Below, piece after piece: positions 38,566 to 48,971 of a stretch of 64,000 bases of DNA. Source of the stretch: Oligoflexales bacterium (GTDB taxonomy: Bacteria; Bdellovibrionota_B; Oligoflexia; Oligoflexales; RGVZ01); assembly GCA_044236265.1 (NCBI GenBank), contig JBIIGV010000001.1, positions 1 through 64,000 of the forward strand, given 5' to 3'. The notes under the pieces are model-generated. The model saw only the letters and a list, made by a program, of their open reading frames with translations. It had not been told where the DNA came from and ran no database searches. How positions within the stretch are numbered: position 1 is the first letter of the stretch; every line of letters begins with the position of its first letter. A program made the position numbers and the translations under genes.

Positions 38566-39204
38566 CTACTTGTTGATGATCACAGTGCATAAGGCCTCGC
38601 ATTTTTCGGCCATGAGGATTTTTCCACCAGCTTTTCGACAGGCCTCTTCTTCGGGTCGAACGACTTGGGTACACATTGTGCCCTTTGGAAGTGGCGCGAC
38701 ATTAAGTTTTGGGCCATTAAAATTAAATCCTGAGATTTTTCCCTCACTAGCAATTGGCAAAGAGCAAAGATGCTTACATTTTGCTGCGACCTGAGTTTTC
38801 CCGCCTCGTTCAAAGCAAGCCTCTTCCTCCGCTGAAACAACTGCAGCACAAACCATGTCCGGAGCCAAGGCCTCTGCGATCACAAATGAACTGAAATTAT
38901 AGCCAGCAACTTTGCCCTTTGGGGCAATTGGCAGGGAGCACAGGGGCTTGCACTTATCCGCCCAAATAGTCTTGCCGCGCGCAGCTTGGCAAGCGGCCTC
39001 TTCAGGTCGAAGTACGGTCGTACAAATCATATCTTTGCGTGCGGCGTCGAGCGTTTGAAGACCGGACAGGTCATAGCCTTGAACCATAATTTTCTGAGCT
39101 TTTTCGTCAGCTCCTGACAGCTCGCCTGATTTTGCTGCAGCCGTTGACTTGCAGCAACTCATCGATAAAAGGACATAAAAAGTGACAACAAACCTTAAAG
39201 ACAT
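38566..39204 (-). CDS. Lipoprotein with three tandem four-Cys repeats
   Basis: GGAGG RBS, lipobox-like LSMS-C(C); three C-x10-C-x12-C-x3-C units. Confidence 0.8.
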   Translation of the reverse strand: MSLRFVVTFYVLLSMSCCKSTAAAKSGELSGADEKAQKIMVQGYDLSGLQTLDAARKDMICTTVLRPEEAACQAARGKTIWADKCKPLCSLPIAPKGKVAGYNFSSFVIAEALAPDMVCAAVVSAEEEACFERGGKTQVAAKCKHLCSLPIASEGKISGFNFNGPKLNVAPLPKGTMCTQVVRPEEEACRKAGGKILMAEKCEALCTVIINK

Positions 39205-39238
39205 GAAGGAGGCCTCCAAATGGGCTTAGGAAAATAAT

Positions 39239-40996
39239 TTAAATATTTCGTCTCGCCAGAGCCATGAGTCCCATGGAACCTACTTTGGCTGTTTTAGATT
39301 TTGTAAGGTCCCATGCGCTGGATTCATACTCGATAGCGGCTCCATACTGCCACCCTACTGCAGGGCGCTCACCTACGTAGCCACCAAGTTTGAAAGAGGT
39401 GCTGGAGCCGGTCTCGATGTTGCGACGGAAGCCGCGCACACCAAAACGGCCGGAGACGTAAAGCGGATAAAAAATCTCTCCAGTCCATTCGATTTTGTCG
39501 CCAATAAATTCAGGCTTAGCCCAGCCATGAACGCCGATATTAAGGGTCACCATAGTCATATCGTAACCGCCACTGGTTTCCTTGCTCACTTGGGTGCTAA
39601 TCAAGGCGGTGTTCAATCCAAAGAATATGTCATCTGCACCTGGGAGAATGTCTTTTTGATATAAATGCCAGCGCCCAGATGCATGCAGATCATATGCAAA
39701 GAAGCTTCCTTTGCCGGTAGGGCCAAATCCGATGTCTAGACCGTAACTCCAATCAATTGTGTCAGAGAACTTTCTGTGAACTGATCCACCTGCAGAGTTG
39801 ACGATCCACGGTGGAAGTTGTGCGGCTGCGCTTGAAGACCCAGAAATAGACCACATTCTCATTCCAATCCAGGTTCTTAGTTCACTGCCTTTGGGAATCA
39901 GCCGAGCCGTAAAGTTATCTGTTTCTGGAGCTTCATCGCTAGCAGGTTTTTCTGCGGCTTGTGCGTCTGCAGGAACAAGCGCTTGTTCAGCGTTTGCCTT
40001 TTCCTGTGGCGCAGCTAGCTGCTCATCGGGCTTCGATGGAGCTTTGTTTTTTTCGGGTGACGTTTCAGCTGCGGAGGGCTTTTCAGAGGATTTTACAACA
40101 GCTGGTGCGATAGCTTTGGGGGTCTCTTGCGCGATGACGCCGCTGTCTGAGCCATTAGCGGACGGCATCGCGCTCGTTTCCTCAGCTCTAGCAAATCGGC
40201 TTCTGCCAGAAATGGCCTCAATCACTACACCGTGCCCGGGCTTTATCGAATTGTCGTGGACGAGAGATGAAATTTTTCCGATTGAGCTCTGCTTTTTGAC
40301 CTCAACAATCTCGACGCGTCCAGTTTTTGTGCTTGCAAATGACAACCAGCTGCCATTGGCTGGATGGAGACTTTCTACGGAGGCGGTGTGAACATCAAAT
40401 TGACTTCCAATCTTGACGCCCTGATCGGAGCCTCCTGACAATGTGACATAGCTACCGTTAACGCTCATGATATGTGCGTCAACGGGGAGTCGATTAATCA
40501 TGCGCATGACAAGATCATATAGACGGGCCGAGGACTGTTCGCGCGTCAGCTCTGATAGATATTTTCGCGATATTACGTCGCTTTCCTGAAGTCTCGTCTG
40601 CAGAGATGGGGATAGAAGTCGTGCGGTCAAGACAACCATGTCTCCTCTAGCGCTGACATCAAGGCTGGCATAAACACTCAGCTCATAATCTTTCTCGAGC
40701 TCTTTACGGCCAGCGGCATTTTTCCAAAGCGTGGCTACCAAGTCATCGTTTAGAACAACAAAACGCTTGCTTTGACGTACTGCGTCAGAAAACTCACCGC
40801 TCAGAGATTTTTTAAGGTGGCTAAGATCACCCCAAGCTTCTGACTTATCCCACTGCACCGGGATAACTCCGGCATAATGTAAAATCGGCAGTTGTGATGC
40901 GCTACTTTGATTGCCTTGAGCGAGCGCAGATGATGCTGCACCAATGAGCGCTGTCAGGCAGACGATAAGGAATGCTTTAAATTTTTTCGATATCAT
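39239..40996 (-). CDS. Hypothetical envelope protein: periplasmic alpha/beta and FlgT_C-like domains, Ala/Pro/Glu linker, C-terminal beta-barrel-like region
   Basis: Signal peptide after ATG 40996; GSYVTLSGGSDQGVKIGSQFDV pattern; low-complexity linker; aromatic-rich amphipathic strands; overlaps the spoVR 3' end. Confidence 0.65.
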   Translation of the reverse strand: MISKKFKAFLIVCLTALIGAASSALAQGNQSSASQLPILHYAGVIPVQWDKSEAWGDLSHLKKSLSGEFSDAVRQSKRFVVLNDDLVATLWKNAAGRKELEKDYELSVYASLDVSARGDMVVLTARLLSPSLQTRLQESDVISRKYLSELTREQSSARLYDLVMRMINRLPVDAHIMSVNGSYVTLSGGSDQGVKIGSQFDVHTASVESLHPANGSWLSFASTKTGRVEIVEVKKQSSIGKISSLVHDNSIKPGHGVVIEAISGRSRFARAEETSAMPSANGSDSGVIAQETPKAIAPAVVKSSEKPSAAETSPEKNKAPSKPDEQLAAPQEKANAEQALVPADAQAAEKPASDEAPETDNFTARLIPKGSELRTWIGMRMWSISGSSSAAAQLPPWIVNSAGGSVHRKFSDTIDWSYGLDIGFGPTGKGSFFAYDLHASGRWHLYQKDILPGADDIFFGLNTALISTQVSKETSGGYDMTMVTLNIGVHGWAKPEFIGDKIEWTGEIFYPLYVSGRFGVRGFRRNIETGSSTSFKLGGYVGERPAVGWQYGAAIEYESSAWDLTKSKTAKVGSMGLMALARRNI

Positions 40997-42470
40997 GACT
41001 CTTCCCATCAAATGATACTCTTCGTTTAACATCCTCAATGACTGTTTCCAAATAAACTGGCCGTGTCCAAACCCGGTGAATATTTCGCAATGTCTCCATG
41101 GTGAAATCTTGCTTGAGATCGGTTCCGTTGTGTTCGTGACGCAGAAGCAGCTCGCCTCTGTTTTTAAAGTTGCCGTCTACAACGGCAATAATTGGTTGCC
41201 CAAAGTTGGTCAGCTGCTGCAGAAGTTTTTGCTTGATGGGTTTGAACTCCCGACTTGAAATCGAGTACTTGCCGGTTCTCTTGTCAAAATCGTACAAAAA
41301 CAGCTTGTGCTCGTGACAAAAGTCTTCATCCAAGAATTCATCGATGAATGTCAGGTCGTTGTGAAACCTTCGAACCTCGAAGATTTTTTTTCTTCCAAGA
41401 CCGGCTTTGGTGTCCCACTCAGCTCGAGTCTTCGGGTCGTCACAATTTAAATAATCCAGCCCATACTGCCCCCGGTCCCATCTGCGCTCGATGTGACGAA
41501 GTAGTTCAACGCCAATTTTATATGGGTTGATTGAGCCCGGGGCGGCGGCTACGACACCAGCATAGTGATCGCAGTAGTCGACGATCTCGCTCTCATCAAG
41601 AGGACTAAGTTTTGTCATCATCATGCTGTGCCAGTAGGTGGCCCATCCCTCATTCATGATTTTTGTTTGCCCTTGCGGCGCAAAGTAATAAGCCTCATCG
41701 CGGATGATCTCCAATATCCGTTTCTGCCATCCTGCAACGGGTGCGTTATCGATCAGGAACTTGAGCACGTCGCGCTCTGGATTTTCTGGGAAGCTCTTTG
41801 ACTTTTGCTGCTCCTTCTCCAAGCGATCTTTTTGTGCCGCCATGAAGTCCTTTGGATTGATGTAGGAGTCCAGGTAACCCTTTGTTTCAATTTTTGGGAC
41901 ATGCACTGCGGAGTCGATTCCAAGGCTGTCTTTGACCGGAGCTGAAGCTGGAGATCTATAGGGAGCAGTGATGTCGATCAGGTTTTCAATGCTTAAGCAG
42001 GTATCTAAAAATGTTTCGACTGTGTCCTGGCCGATTTCATTGATAGCTCTGCGCACGAAGGTGGCGTGGTTGGCCATCTGATCGAGCATTTTGCGATTAG
42101 TGCGGGAAAAGTAGTAATTGTTTTTGAAGAAATCACAGTGGCCAAAGACGTGAGCGATTACAGTCTTTTGGAATACCATGCTATTTGCGCGAAGTAGATA
42201 CGCATAGCAGGGGTTATTGTTAATCACCATTTCATAAATAATACTTAGACCGTACTCATAGCTTTTTGAAAGCTTGTCGTACTCCATCCCAAACTTCCAG
42301 TGCGGATAACGTGTAGGGAACCCGCCGTAGGAGGCGATTTCGGATAGTTGATTATAGTCAACAAGCTCAAAGATCGTTGGAAAGAAATCAAGGCCCGCAT
42401 TGCGCGCCACCTCTTCAAGATGGGCGACAGCATCTGCTAGCTCTGGGGGAAGTTTGGTGTTGACGTACAT
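40977..42470 (-). CDS. SpoVR/YcgB family protein
   Basis: GFPTRYPHWKFG, IYEMVINNNPCYAYL, AHVFGHCDFFKNN, QTKIMNEGWATYWH, NPY. Confidence 0.95.
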   Translation of the reverse strand: MYVNTKLPPELADAVAHLEEVARNAGLDFFPTIFELVDYNQLSEIASYGGFPTRYPHWKFGMEYDKLSKSYEYGLSIIYEMVINNNPCYAYLLRANSMVFQKTVIAHVFGHCDFFKNNYYFSRTNRKMLDQMANHATFVRRAINEIGQDTVETFLDTCLSIENLIDITAPYRSPASAPVKDSLGIDSAVHVPKIETKGYLDSYINPKDFMAAQKDRLEKEQQKSKSFPENPERDVLKFLIDNAPVAGWQKRILEIIRDEAYYFAPQGQTKIMNEGWATYWHSMMMTKLSPLDESEIVDYCDHYAGVVAAAPGSINPYKIGVELLRHIERRWDRGQYGLDYLNCDDPKTRAEWDTKAGLGRKKIFEVRRFHNDLTFIDEFLDEDFCHEHKLFLYDFDKRTGKYSISSREFKPIKQKLLQQLTNFGQPIIAVVDGNFKNRGELLLRHEHNGTDLKQDFTMETLRNIHRVWTRPVYLETVIEDVKRRVSFDGKSHDIEKI

Positions 42471-42471
42471 G

Positions 42472-43587
42472 TCACTTTCCTTTGCCCAAGAAAATTTTCA
42501 GAGCATCCATGATGGCGTCGCGGTCTTTAATTTGTGAAAGCGTCAGTTTATTGTTGTCCTCGCCGAAATGCTTTTGGAGGTCTCTCAAGAACTGACCGGA
42601 TCCATATCTACTTTCAACTTGGCCATAACAAAATAAATTTGCTTTAGGCATGATGTCTGCCTCAAGCATTTTCATGCACTCGTTGGTATCATTGCCCGAC
42701 CAGTTATCACCGTCGGAGAAGTGAAAAAGATAAATATTCCACTCGTCGACCGGGTAATCATCTTCCATCATTTTCAAGGCAAGACGGTACGCGGAGCTGA
42801 TCAACGTGCCGCCAGACTCTCGTGTGCGATAAAACGTGTTTTGATCGACCTCGCGTGCTGTTGCGTCGTGAATGATGTAACGGCGATCAAGTCCCGTATA
42901 CTGACTTTGTAGCCACGTATCTAGCCAAAAGCTTGTAAGACGAACGATCTCTTTTTGTTCGTCTCCCATCGACCCAGAGACGTCCATCATATAGATGATG
43001 ACAGCATTGGCGACAGGCTCATTGTACACTTTAAAACTTCGGTAACGTTTGTCGTCTTTGATCGGAACAACAATCGGATTTTTCGGGTCATACTTGCCAC
43101 TGGCAATCGTTCGTTTTAACGCCTCGCGGTACGTTTTCTTAAAGTGTCGCAGGGATTCTGGGCCCTGGGTCACGATGCCCGTGTATTTGTAGTGCTTGCT
43201 GTCGACGTTTTTTTTGCCCTTGTTCTCAATATTGGGTAGCTCTAGCTCTTCGCTTAGAAGAGACGCAAGTTCCTCCAAGGAAACTTCGACCTCCAGAGCA
43301 TGCTGGCCTTCCCCCTGCCCGGCTTCACCTTGTCCAGGCTGTGGCTCACCTTGACCTTGTCCGACTTCGTCTCCAACGTCGCCTTTTCCCTGACCTACGC
43401 CGCCACCGTCGCCACTGCCAAACTGGAAGCGTGGCAAATCAATACGAGGAAGAGGAATGCTGACCAGCTTCTTGCCTTGGCGACCAATAAGCTCACCATT
43501 AGCAACGAAGCGTCTCAGCTCTTGCTTGATTTTGCCTCTTACAATTTTTCGGAATCGGTTTAGGTCCGACTCCATGTTGTTTGGCAT
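42472..43587 (-). CDS. YeaH/YhbH (DUF444) vWA-like protein
   Basis: Gly-rich GQG linker, [37 protein letters not shown]. Confidence 0.93.
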   Translation of the reverse strand: MPNNMESDLNRFRKIVRGKIKQELRRFVANGELIGRQGKKLVSIPLPRIDLPRFQFGSGDGGGVGQGKGDVGDEVGQGQGEPQPGQGEAGQGEGQHALEVEVSLEELASLLSEELELPNIENKGKKNVDSKHYKYTGIVTQGPESLRHFKKTYREALKRTIASGKYDPKNPIVVPIKDDKRYRSFKVYNEPVANAVIIYMMDVSGSMGDEQKEIVRLTSFWLDTWLQSQYTGLDRRYIIHDATAREVDQNTFYRTRESGGTLISSAYRLALKMMEDDYPVDEWNIYLFHFSDGDNWSGNDTNECMKMLEADIMPKANLFCYGQVESRYGSGQFLRDLQKHFGEDNNKLTLSQIKDRDAIMDALKIFLGKGK

Positions 43588-43611
43588 GACTCAAGGTCCT
43601 TCCCGTCGGTA

Positions 43612-45678
43612 TTAACTTCGATCCTTGTCTTTTAGCATGTCGCCGCGCGCAAAAATACTCGCAACAAATCCGAGTGCATCACTTGCGCAGATATCGCAGT
43701 AACCATAGTTTTTGATCAGTCTGTTCTTGACGACGTCAATTTTGGCTTGAGCTTCCTTGTCGACCACTTTGGACACATGGACGGTTAGCTTGATGGTATC
43801 TTTTTGATCCTCAAAAAGCTTTAGCTCCAAGGCTTTGTGCAGGCGCTCGTTGCTTCTAAAGTCAAAAGTTTTGCCTTCAATCGCCATGGCACCGATGTAG
43901 TTCATGATTTCCCTGCGGAAATCATCTTTGCGGTTTTCAGAGATGTCGATTTTCTCTTCAATCGATCTCATGAGGCGTTCATCTGGATCTTCAGCCTGAG
44001 ATGTAAATGGGTTTTTGACCTTTTCGCGCTGAATGTAAGCCTTGATGTTATCAATGTAGTTTCCACAAAGCTTGTCGATCGCGTTTTCGTCCGCAGAAAT
44101 TGCGCGCTGAACCTCGTGCTTTACGATGTCTTCATACTCGCGCTTAACTTCACTTAAGAGTTCCCTGTAGCGCTTGCGAAGTTCTTCGTCATTGATAAGG
44201 GAGTGGGCCTTGAGTCCAGATTCCATTTCATTTAAAACAATGAATGGATTGATGCATCCCTTGCCTTTGTCGAGAACAAGTCCAGAGGAAATTTTGTCTT
44301 GGATATAGCGAGGAGAGATTCCATCAAGACCTTCGCGAACGGCCTCTTTGCGAAGCTCTTTGACGTTGTCCTCTGTGAATTGCTGTGTGGTTTTCCCGTT
44401 ATAAAGCTTGAGCTTTTGCATCAACGTAAGGTTTGCTTTTTTGGGCTCCTCGAGGCGCGTTAAAACGGCCCACATGGCCGACATTTCAAGAGTGTGGGGC
44501 GCAATGTGAATATGCGGGACCGTGTTGGCATTGAAGCTTTTTTCGTAGATGCGAACTTCTTCCTTCAGCTTTGTGATGTATGGGACATCGATTTTGACTG
44601 TACGATCGCGAAGGGCTTCCATGAACTCATTGCTTTGAAGCTTTTTGTATTCGGGCTCGTTCGTGTGGCCGATAATCACTTCATCGATGTCACACTGAGC
44701 AAACTTTTTTGGCTTTATCTTGTGCTCTTGGCTGGCAGTCAGCAGGTCGTAAAGGAATGCAACGTCAAGTTTGAGCACCTCAATGAACTCAATCATGCCG
44801 CGGTTGGCGATGTTGAATTCTCCGTCGAAGTTAAATGCTCGAGGATCTGAGTCAGATCCATACTCAGCGATCTTTCGGTAGTTGATGTCACCGGTGAGTT
44901 CGGTGCTGTCCTGGTTTTTTTCGTCTTTAGGCTGGAATGTGCCGATTCCGATACGGTCACGCTCACTGAGGATGAGACGATGGACGGTGATGTGATTGTG
45001 AATCAGTTTTTCCCAGTCACCTTGGTAGTAGCGCATCAGTTCCGTGTAGACATAACGACATGCTGGAGAAAGATCTCCTTCCATCCTGACTTGCGCTGAG
45101 CGATCACGGCCCTTATTGATGACGGCCATCACGGCATCGCGACGCTCAGGTGGAATCAAGTACAGAGGGTCTTGATTCATGGGTGAGCGCATGGTGTCTT
45201 CCATTTTCAATACTTCAGCGAGGTTGACCCATGTGTAGGTGTACATTGCGCCTTCAGGAGTCCGCGAATAAGTTTCGAGACCTTTTTTCAAAAGGCGAGC
45301 AATCGTTGACTTCGAGGAGCCTACAGGTCCATGCAGAAGAATGACGCGTTTTTCAGGACCATAACCTGCGGCTGCAGCCTTGATCGTGTTCACTAGTTTC
45401 ATGAGGTGAACATCGAGACCGAAGATGGCGTCTTTGCCGTTTTCAATCGGATCATCGAAGAAATTCCAATGAGTAATTTCCTTTTTGTACTCTTTGAATT
45501 GCCGGCTACCGTAGCTTGCAATCATGTCATACATTCTCTGGAATGCTGTGCGTGCAATTTGAGGGTGTTCGATGACCATGTTCAGATAGTCTTCAAAGGA
45601 TCCGCTCCAATGAAGCTCGGCGTACTGTTTATCAAAACCTCCGCCTTTGACTGTCGATATAATTTCTTTTGCATTCAT
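43612..45678 (-). CDS. prkA: PrkA/YeaG AAA+ family protein
   Basis: [57 protein letters not shown]. Confidence 0.94.
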   Translation of the reverse strand: MNAKEIISTVKGGGFDKQYAELHWSGSFEDYLNMVIEHPQIARTAFQRMYDMIASYGSRQFKEYKKEITHWNFFDDPIENGKDAIFGLDVHLMKLVNTIKAAAAGYGPEKRVILLHGPVGSSKSTIARLLKKGLETYSRTPEGAMYTYTWVNLAEVLKMEDTMRSPMNQDPLYLIPPERRDAVMAVINKGRDRSAQVRMEGDLSPACRYVYTELMRYYQGDWEKLIHNHITVHRLILSERDRIGIGTFQPKDEKNQDSTELTGDINYRKIAEYGSDSDPRAFNFDGEFNIANRGMIEFIEVLKLDVAFLYDLLTASQEHKIKPKKFAQCDIDEVIIGHTNEPEYKKLQSNEFMEALRDRTVKIDVPYITKLKEEVRIYEKSFNANTVPHIHIAPHTLEMSAMWAVLTRLEEPKKANLTLMQKLKLYNGKTTQQFTEDNVKELRKEAVREGLDGISPRYIQDKISSGLVLDKGKGCINPFIVLNEMESGLKAHSLINDEELRKRYRELLSEVKREYEDIVKHEVQRAISADENAIDKLCGNYIDNIKAYIQREKVKNPFTSQAEDPDERLMRSIEEKIDISENRKDDFRREIMNYIGAMAIEGKTFDFRSNERLHKALELKLFEDQKDTIKLTVHVSKVVDKEAQAKIDVVKNRLIKNYGYCDICASDALGFVASIFARGDMLKDKDRS

Positions 45679-45796
45679 GGTGCCCTCCTTAGCTCTGACG
45701 CAAAAATGCGCCTACTACCTCATCTTTTATTGTACGAGAGGCAGTGAAACGCTGTCAAAAAAGGGCTTTTCCGGGGCTAGGGCCGACGTTATGCGG

Positions 45797-46913
45797 TCAG
45801 CTAGGTTGTGCAGTCTCTTTGGCGTGCGCCAAATATTCGTTGATAAACTCATCAAGACCGCCGTCCAGGACTTGGTCAGGGGTGTGTGATTCGTAATCCG
45901 TGCGATGGTCTTTTATCAGCTTGTACGGGTGCAAGACGTAGCTACGAATCTGGTGGCCAAAGGAGATGTCGGTTTTTGTGTTCTCAAGAGCCTGCTGTGC
46001 TGCCCGTCTCTTTTCGATCTCTCGCTCGTAAAGTGCTGAGCGCAGGAGTTTCATCGCGTTCTCCCGGTTTTGGATCTGAGATCTCTGGGTTTGTGAGGCC
46101 ACAACTATGCCAGAAGGCATGTGGGTAATCCTTACAGCGGAATCGGTCTTGTTAACGTGCTGTCCACCGGCGCCAGACGAACGGTAAGTGTCGACCCGCA
46201 GATCAGCTGGGTTAATATCGATCTCAATCGTATCGTCAATTACCGGGGTCACGAAAACGGATGCAAAACTCGTGTGGCGCCTAGCGTTACTGTCAAACGG
46301 GCTGATGCGGACGAGGCGGTGCACGCCGTTTTCAGCTTTTAGAAGTCCGAAGGCAAAGTCTCCTGTGATTTCGATGGTGGCGTTCTTAAGCCCAGCTTCT
46401 TCGCCTGCGAGAGCGTCGTGAACCTCGGCCTGCCAGCCTTTGCGTTCTGCATAACGAAGGTACATTCTGAAGAGAATGCTGGCCCAGTCGCACGACTCTG
46501 TGCCGCCCGCTCCAGCATTGATAGTCAAGATGGCGCCATTCATGTCGGTCTCGCCGCTCAGAAGGCTTTGGATTTCCAATGCCTGCACCTCCTTGGCTAG
46601 TCCATCGTAGAGACTGTTGGCTTCATCAAGATACTCGGTCTCTCCGGCTTCTGCGAATTCCATGGCAGCCTCAAGGTCGCCCTCAAGGCTTTCAAGTTTT
46701 CGGACCCGCTCAAGCGCTAGTTCCAGTGACTTTTTTTCTTTCAGGATCGGCGCCGAAACTTTTGGGTTACTCCAAAAATCAGGCATGCCTTCAATTTGGG
46801 CTTCGATATCTTTCAGTCGCTCTGCTTTTCGTTCGAGGTCAAAGAAACCCCCGAATGCGAACGAATTTTTCCTTTAGATTGCGTTGTGCGCTTGAAAGAT
46901 CATGAAAATCCAC
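45797..46913 (-). CDS. prfB: Peptide chain release factor 2, with +1 programmed frameshift (about 371 aa)
   Basis: GTG 46913 with GGAG RBS; 24 codons ending CGG GGG TTT CTT TGA C; +1 frame continues DLERKAERL...; SPF and GGQ motifs. Confidence 0.97.
46838..46853 (-). other. prfB +1 frameshift site (internal SD-like GGGGG plus CTT TGA C)
   Basis: Minus strand CGGGGGTTTCTTTGAC; slippery CTT 46844-46842, TGA 46841-46839. Confidence 0.95.
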
Positions 46914-46985
46914 GAAAAAGCTCCAAGTAATCTGCGAGTTGTACAGTTTTCGCTTAGTTATCCGCAGGTTGCGCCGCTGGCGCCA

Positions 46986-47015
46986 TTGACAGTTAAAGAA
47001 GCGGAGTCGTACCAT
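46986..47015 (+). promoter_or_regulatory. Putative sigma70 promoter of flbD-motAB (TTGACA-N18-TACCAT)
   Basis: Perfect -35, 4/6 -10, about 85 nt before the flbD ATG. Confidence 0.5.
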
Positions 47016-47099
47016 AAAACTAAGAAGCCGTGAATTCCATAGGAATTTTTGCAGACCATCGTCCTTGGTCTGGGTGCTTTGGCCAGGAGGCAGCGAGAG

Positions 47100-47342
47100 A
47101 TGATTCTTCTCACAAAACTAGACAAATCAAAGGTCCTGGTATCACTCGACAATATTAAGTTTGTCGAGTCGACTCCGGATACGCTCGTCCGATTTGTCAA
47201 TGGAGACATGCTGATCGTGTCGGAGTCTCTCGATGAAATCGCCCGCCTTGTTCAAGACTTTAAAACGCGCTGCCTTGTGGCGGTGCAAGCCCATAGTTTG
47301 AGCGCAATGTCAGAGGCGGAAGGAGTTTCAGGATGGACTTAA
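47100..47342 (+). CDS. flbD: Flagellar FlbD/SwrD family protein
   Basis: AGGAGG RBS; MILLTKLD...IKFVESTPDTLV...VSESLDEI; directly upstream of motA. Confidence 0.88.
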   Translation: MILLTKLDKSKVLVSLDNIKFVESTPDTLVRFVNGDMLIVSESLDEIARLVQDFKTRCLVAVQAHSLSAMSEAEGVSGWT

Positions 47343-48100
47343 CTAGCTTATTAGGCGTTCCAGTCGCCGGTGGCATGATCATCGGCGGCATGCTCATGGA
47401 AGGTGGTCACTTGTCCCAGCTTTGGGCGATCACGGCCGTCATGATTGTGTTTGGGGGTACGTTGGGTGCCTTGATGATGGCTTACCCATTACCCGACATG
47501 ATCAATTCAGTGAAAGCCTTGGGGCAATTTTTAAAAAATCCAACGGCCAATCCAAGTCAGATTATGGCCGAGATTTTAGATTGCGCGCAGACGGCCCGTA
47601 AGGAATCAATCTTGGCTCTTGAGAAAAAAAGAGAGGCCTTGTCATATGAGCCACTAAAAATGGCGATTGGCTTAGCTGTTGACGGCACGGCACCCGAAGT
47701 TATCCGCGATACATTAGAAACAGCTGCACACGTCGTTTTTGAGGAGGCAGAGGTCGGAGTAAAGTTCTGGGAAGACTTCGGCGCGATTTGTCCTACGATC
47801 GGAATCTTGGGTGCCGTACTTGGTCTGCAGCACGTAATGTCCGTACTTGATCGTCCAGAAATGATTGGTCCGGGTATCGCTGTTGCCTTCGTTGCTACAC
47901 TTTACGGTGTGGGAGCGGCTAACATTCTTGGAATTCCTATCGGAAAAAAATTAAAGCGCAAGGCCATCATTGATGGTCATGCGAGAGCGATGGTCGTCAT
48001 TGGTGTTGAGGGGATTCTGACCGGTATGAACCCCAAAGTTATTGAGCAAAAGCTTGCTGTATTCGTCCACGACCATGGTGGTGGTGGGGAGAAGCACTGA
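47333..48100 (+). CDS. motA: Flagellar stator subunit MotA
   Basis: IVFGGTLGA, ARKESILALE, PTIGILGAVLGL, IAVAFVATLYG, GMNP. Confidence 0.94.
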   Translation: MDLTSLLGVPVAGGMIIGGMLMEGGHLSQLWAITAVMIVFGGTLGALMMAYPLPDMINSVKALGQFLKNPTANPSQIMAEILDCAQTARKESILALEKKREALSYEPLKMAIGLAVDGTAPEVIRDTLETAAHVVFEEAEVGVKFWEDFGAICPTIGILGAVLGLQHVMSVLDRPEMIGPGIAVAFVATLYGVGAANILGIPIGKKLKRKAIIDGHARAMVVIGVEGILTGMNPKVIEQKLAVFVHDHGGGGEKH

Positions 48101-48138
48101 GAAATTGGACTTGATCCAGCTGTTGAGTTAGCGGAACT

Positions 48139-48966
48139 ATGGCGCAAAAGCAAAAGTGTCCAGAATTTGAAAACCACGAACGTTGGCTTGTCTCCTATGC
48201 GGACATGGTGACGATGCTTTTTGCATTGTTCGTGGTTCTGTATGCGCTCAAGGAGGGCGGTGCGCCGGCAGCTAAAGAACCCAACAAGGTTCTTGCTGCC
48301 TCGGTTGCAGATGCTCTCAATATGCCACTTCCGGAGATTCCGGTAGACAGGAAAACTGCTCCGACGCAAACCGGTATGGGAATTTTCGATCACTTTAAAG
48401 GCGACCAGATCCGCGAGCCGCTCTCCCAAAAGTTTCCTAGCTCAGCCATGCGAGCAAAAGTCATTGAAATGGAAATTAATCGAGTTCGCTTACTTGTAGA
48501 GGAGCGTCTTTACGGTCCGAACAAGTATCCTGAAAAAGGTGATAAAGGATTTGAAAGAGTGGTCAGCGTCCAGCAAACGCAAAATGGTTTTAAACTGCAG
48601 CTGGCGGCCCGTCATTTTTTCGATTCCGGACAGTATCAGTTAAAGAGAGAAGCACTTAAGGAGATGGAGACCGTTGGGCAAATTCTGATGGAATTGGGTC
48701 GGCCGGTTGTCGTCGAGGGCCACACAGATAATGTGCCGGCGTCTGGGCAGTTTTCTAACTGGGAATTATCAGCCTTGAGAGCTGCATCCGTCGCTAAGTA
48801 CCTGATAAAGACTGTTGGTTACCCCGCTACAAAGGTTGCAGTGGCTGGCTATGCCGACCTGCGTCCGGTTGCCCAAAATACATCTGAAGCTGGGCGCACT
48901 ATGAATAGACGTATTGAAATTCACGTCAACTATGATCAGGAAGCAACGGCTCCAGAAGGGCAGTAG
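48139..48966 (+). CDS. motB: Flagellar stator subunit MotB
   Basis: ERWLVSYADMVTMLFALFVVLYA with conserved Asp; OmpA-like VEGHTDN, NWELSALRA, NRRIEI. Confidence 0.95.
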   Translation: MAQKQKCPEFENHERWLVSYADMVTMLFALFVVLYALKEGGAPAAKEPNKVLAASVADALNMPLPEIPVDRKTAPTQTGMGIFDHFKGDQIREPLSQKFPSSAMRAKVIEMEINRVRLLVEERLYGPNKYPEKGDKGFERVVSVQQTQNGFKLQLAARHFFDSGQYQLKREALKEMETVGQILMELGRPVVVEGHTDNVPASGQFSNWELSALRAASVAKYLIKTVGYPATKVAVAGYADLRPVAQNTSEAGRTMNRRIEIHVNYDQEATAPEGQ

Positions 48967-48971
48967 GTCCG

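Noticed and set aside
39798..40391. 197-aa plus-strand ORF opposite the envelope protein
   Set aside because: Mirror of a low-complexity Ala/Ser/Glu linker; no independent coding evidence.
45797..46913. prfB as a pseudogene or N-terminally truncated ORF
   Set aside because: The in-frame TGA sits in the canonical CTT TGA C frameshift context.
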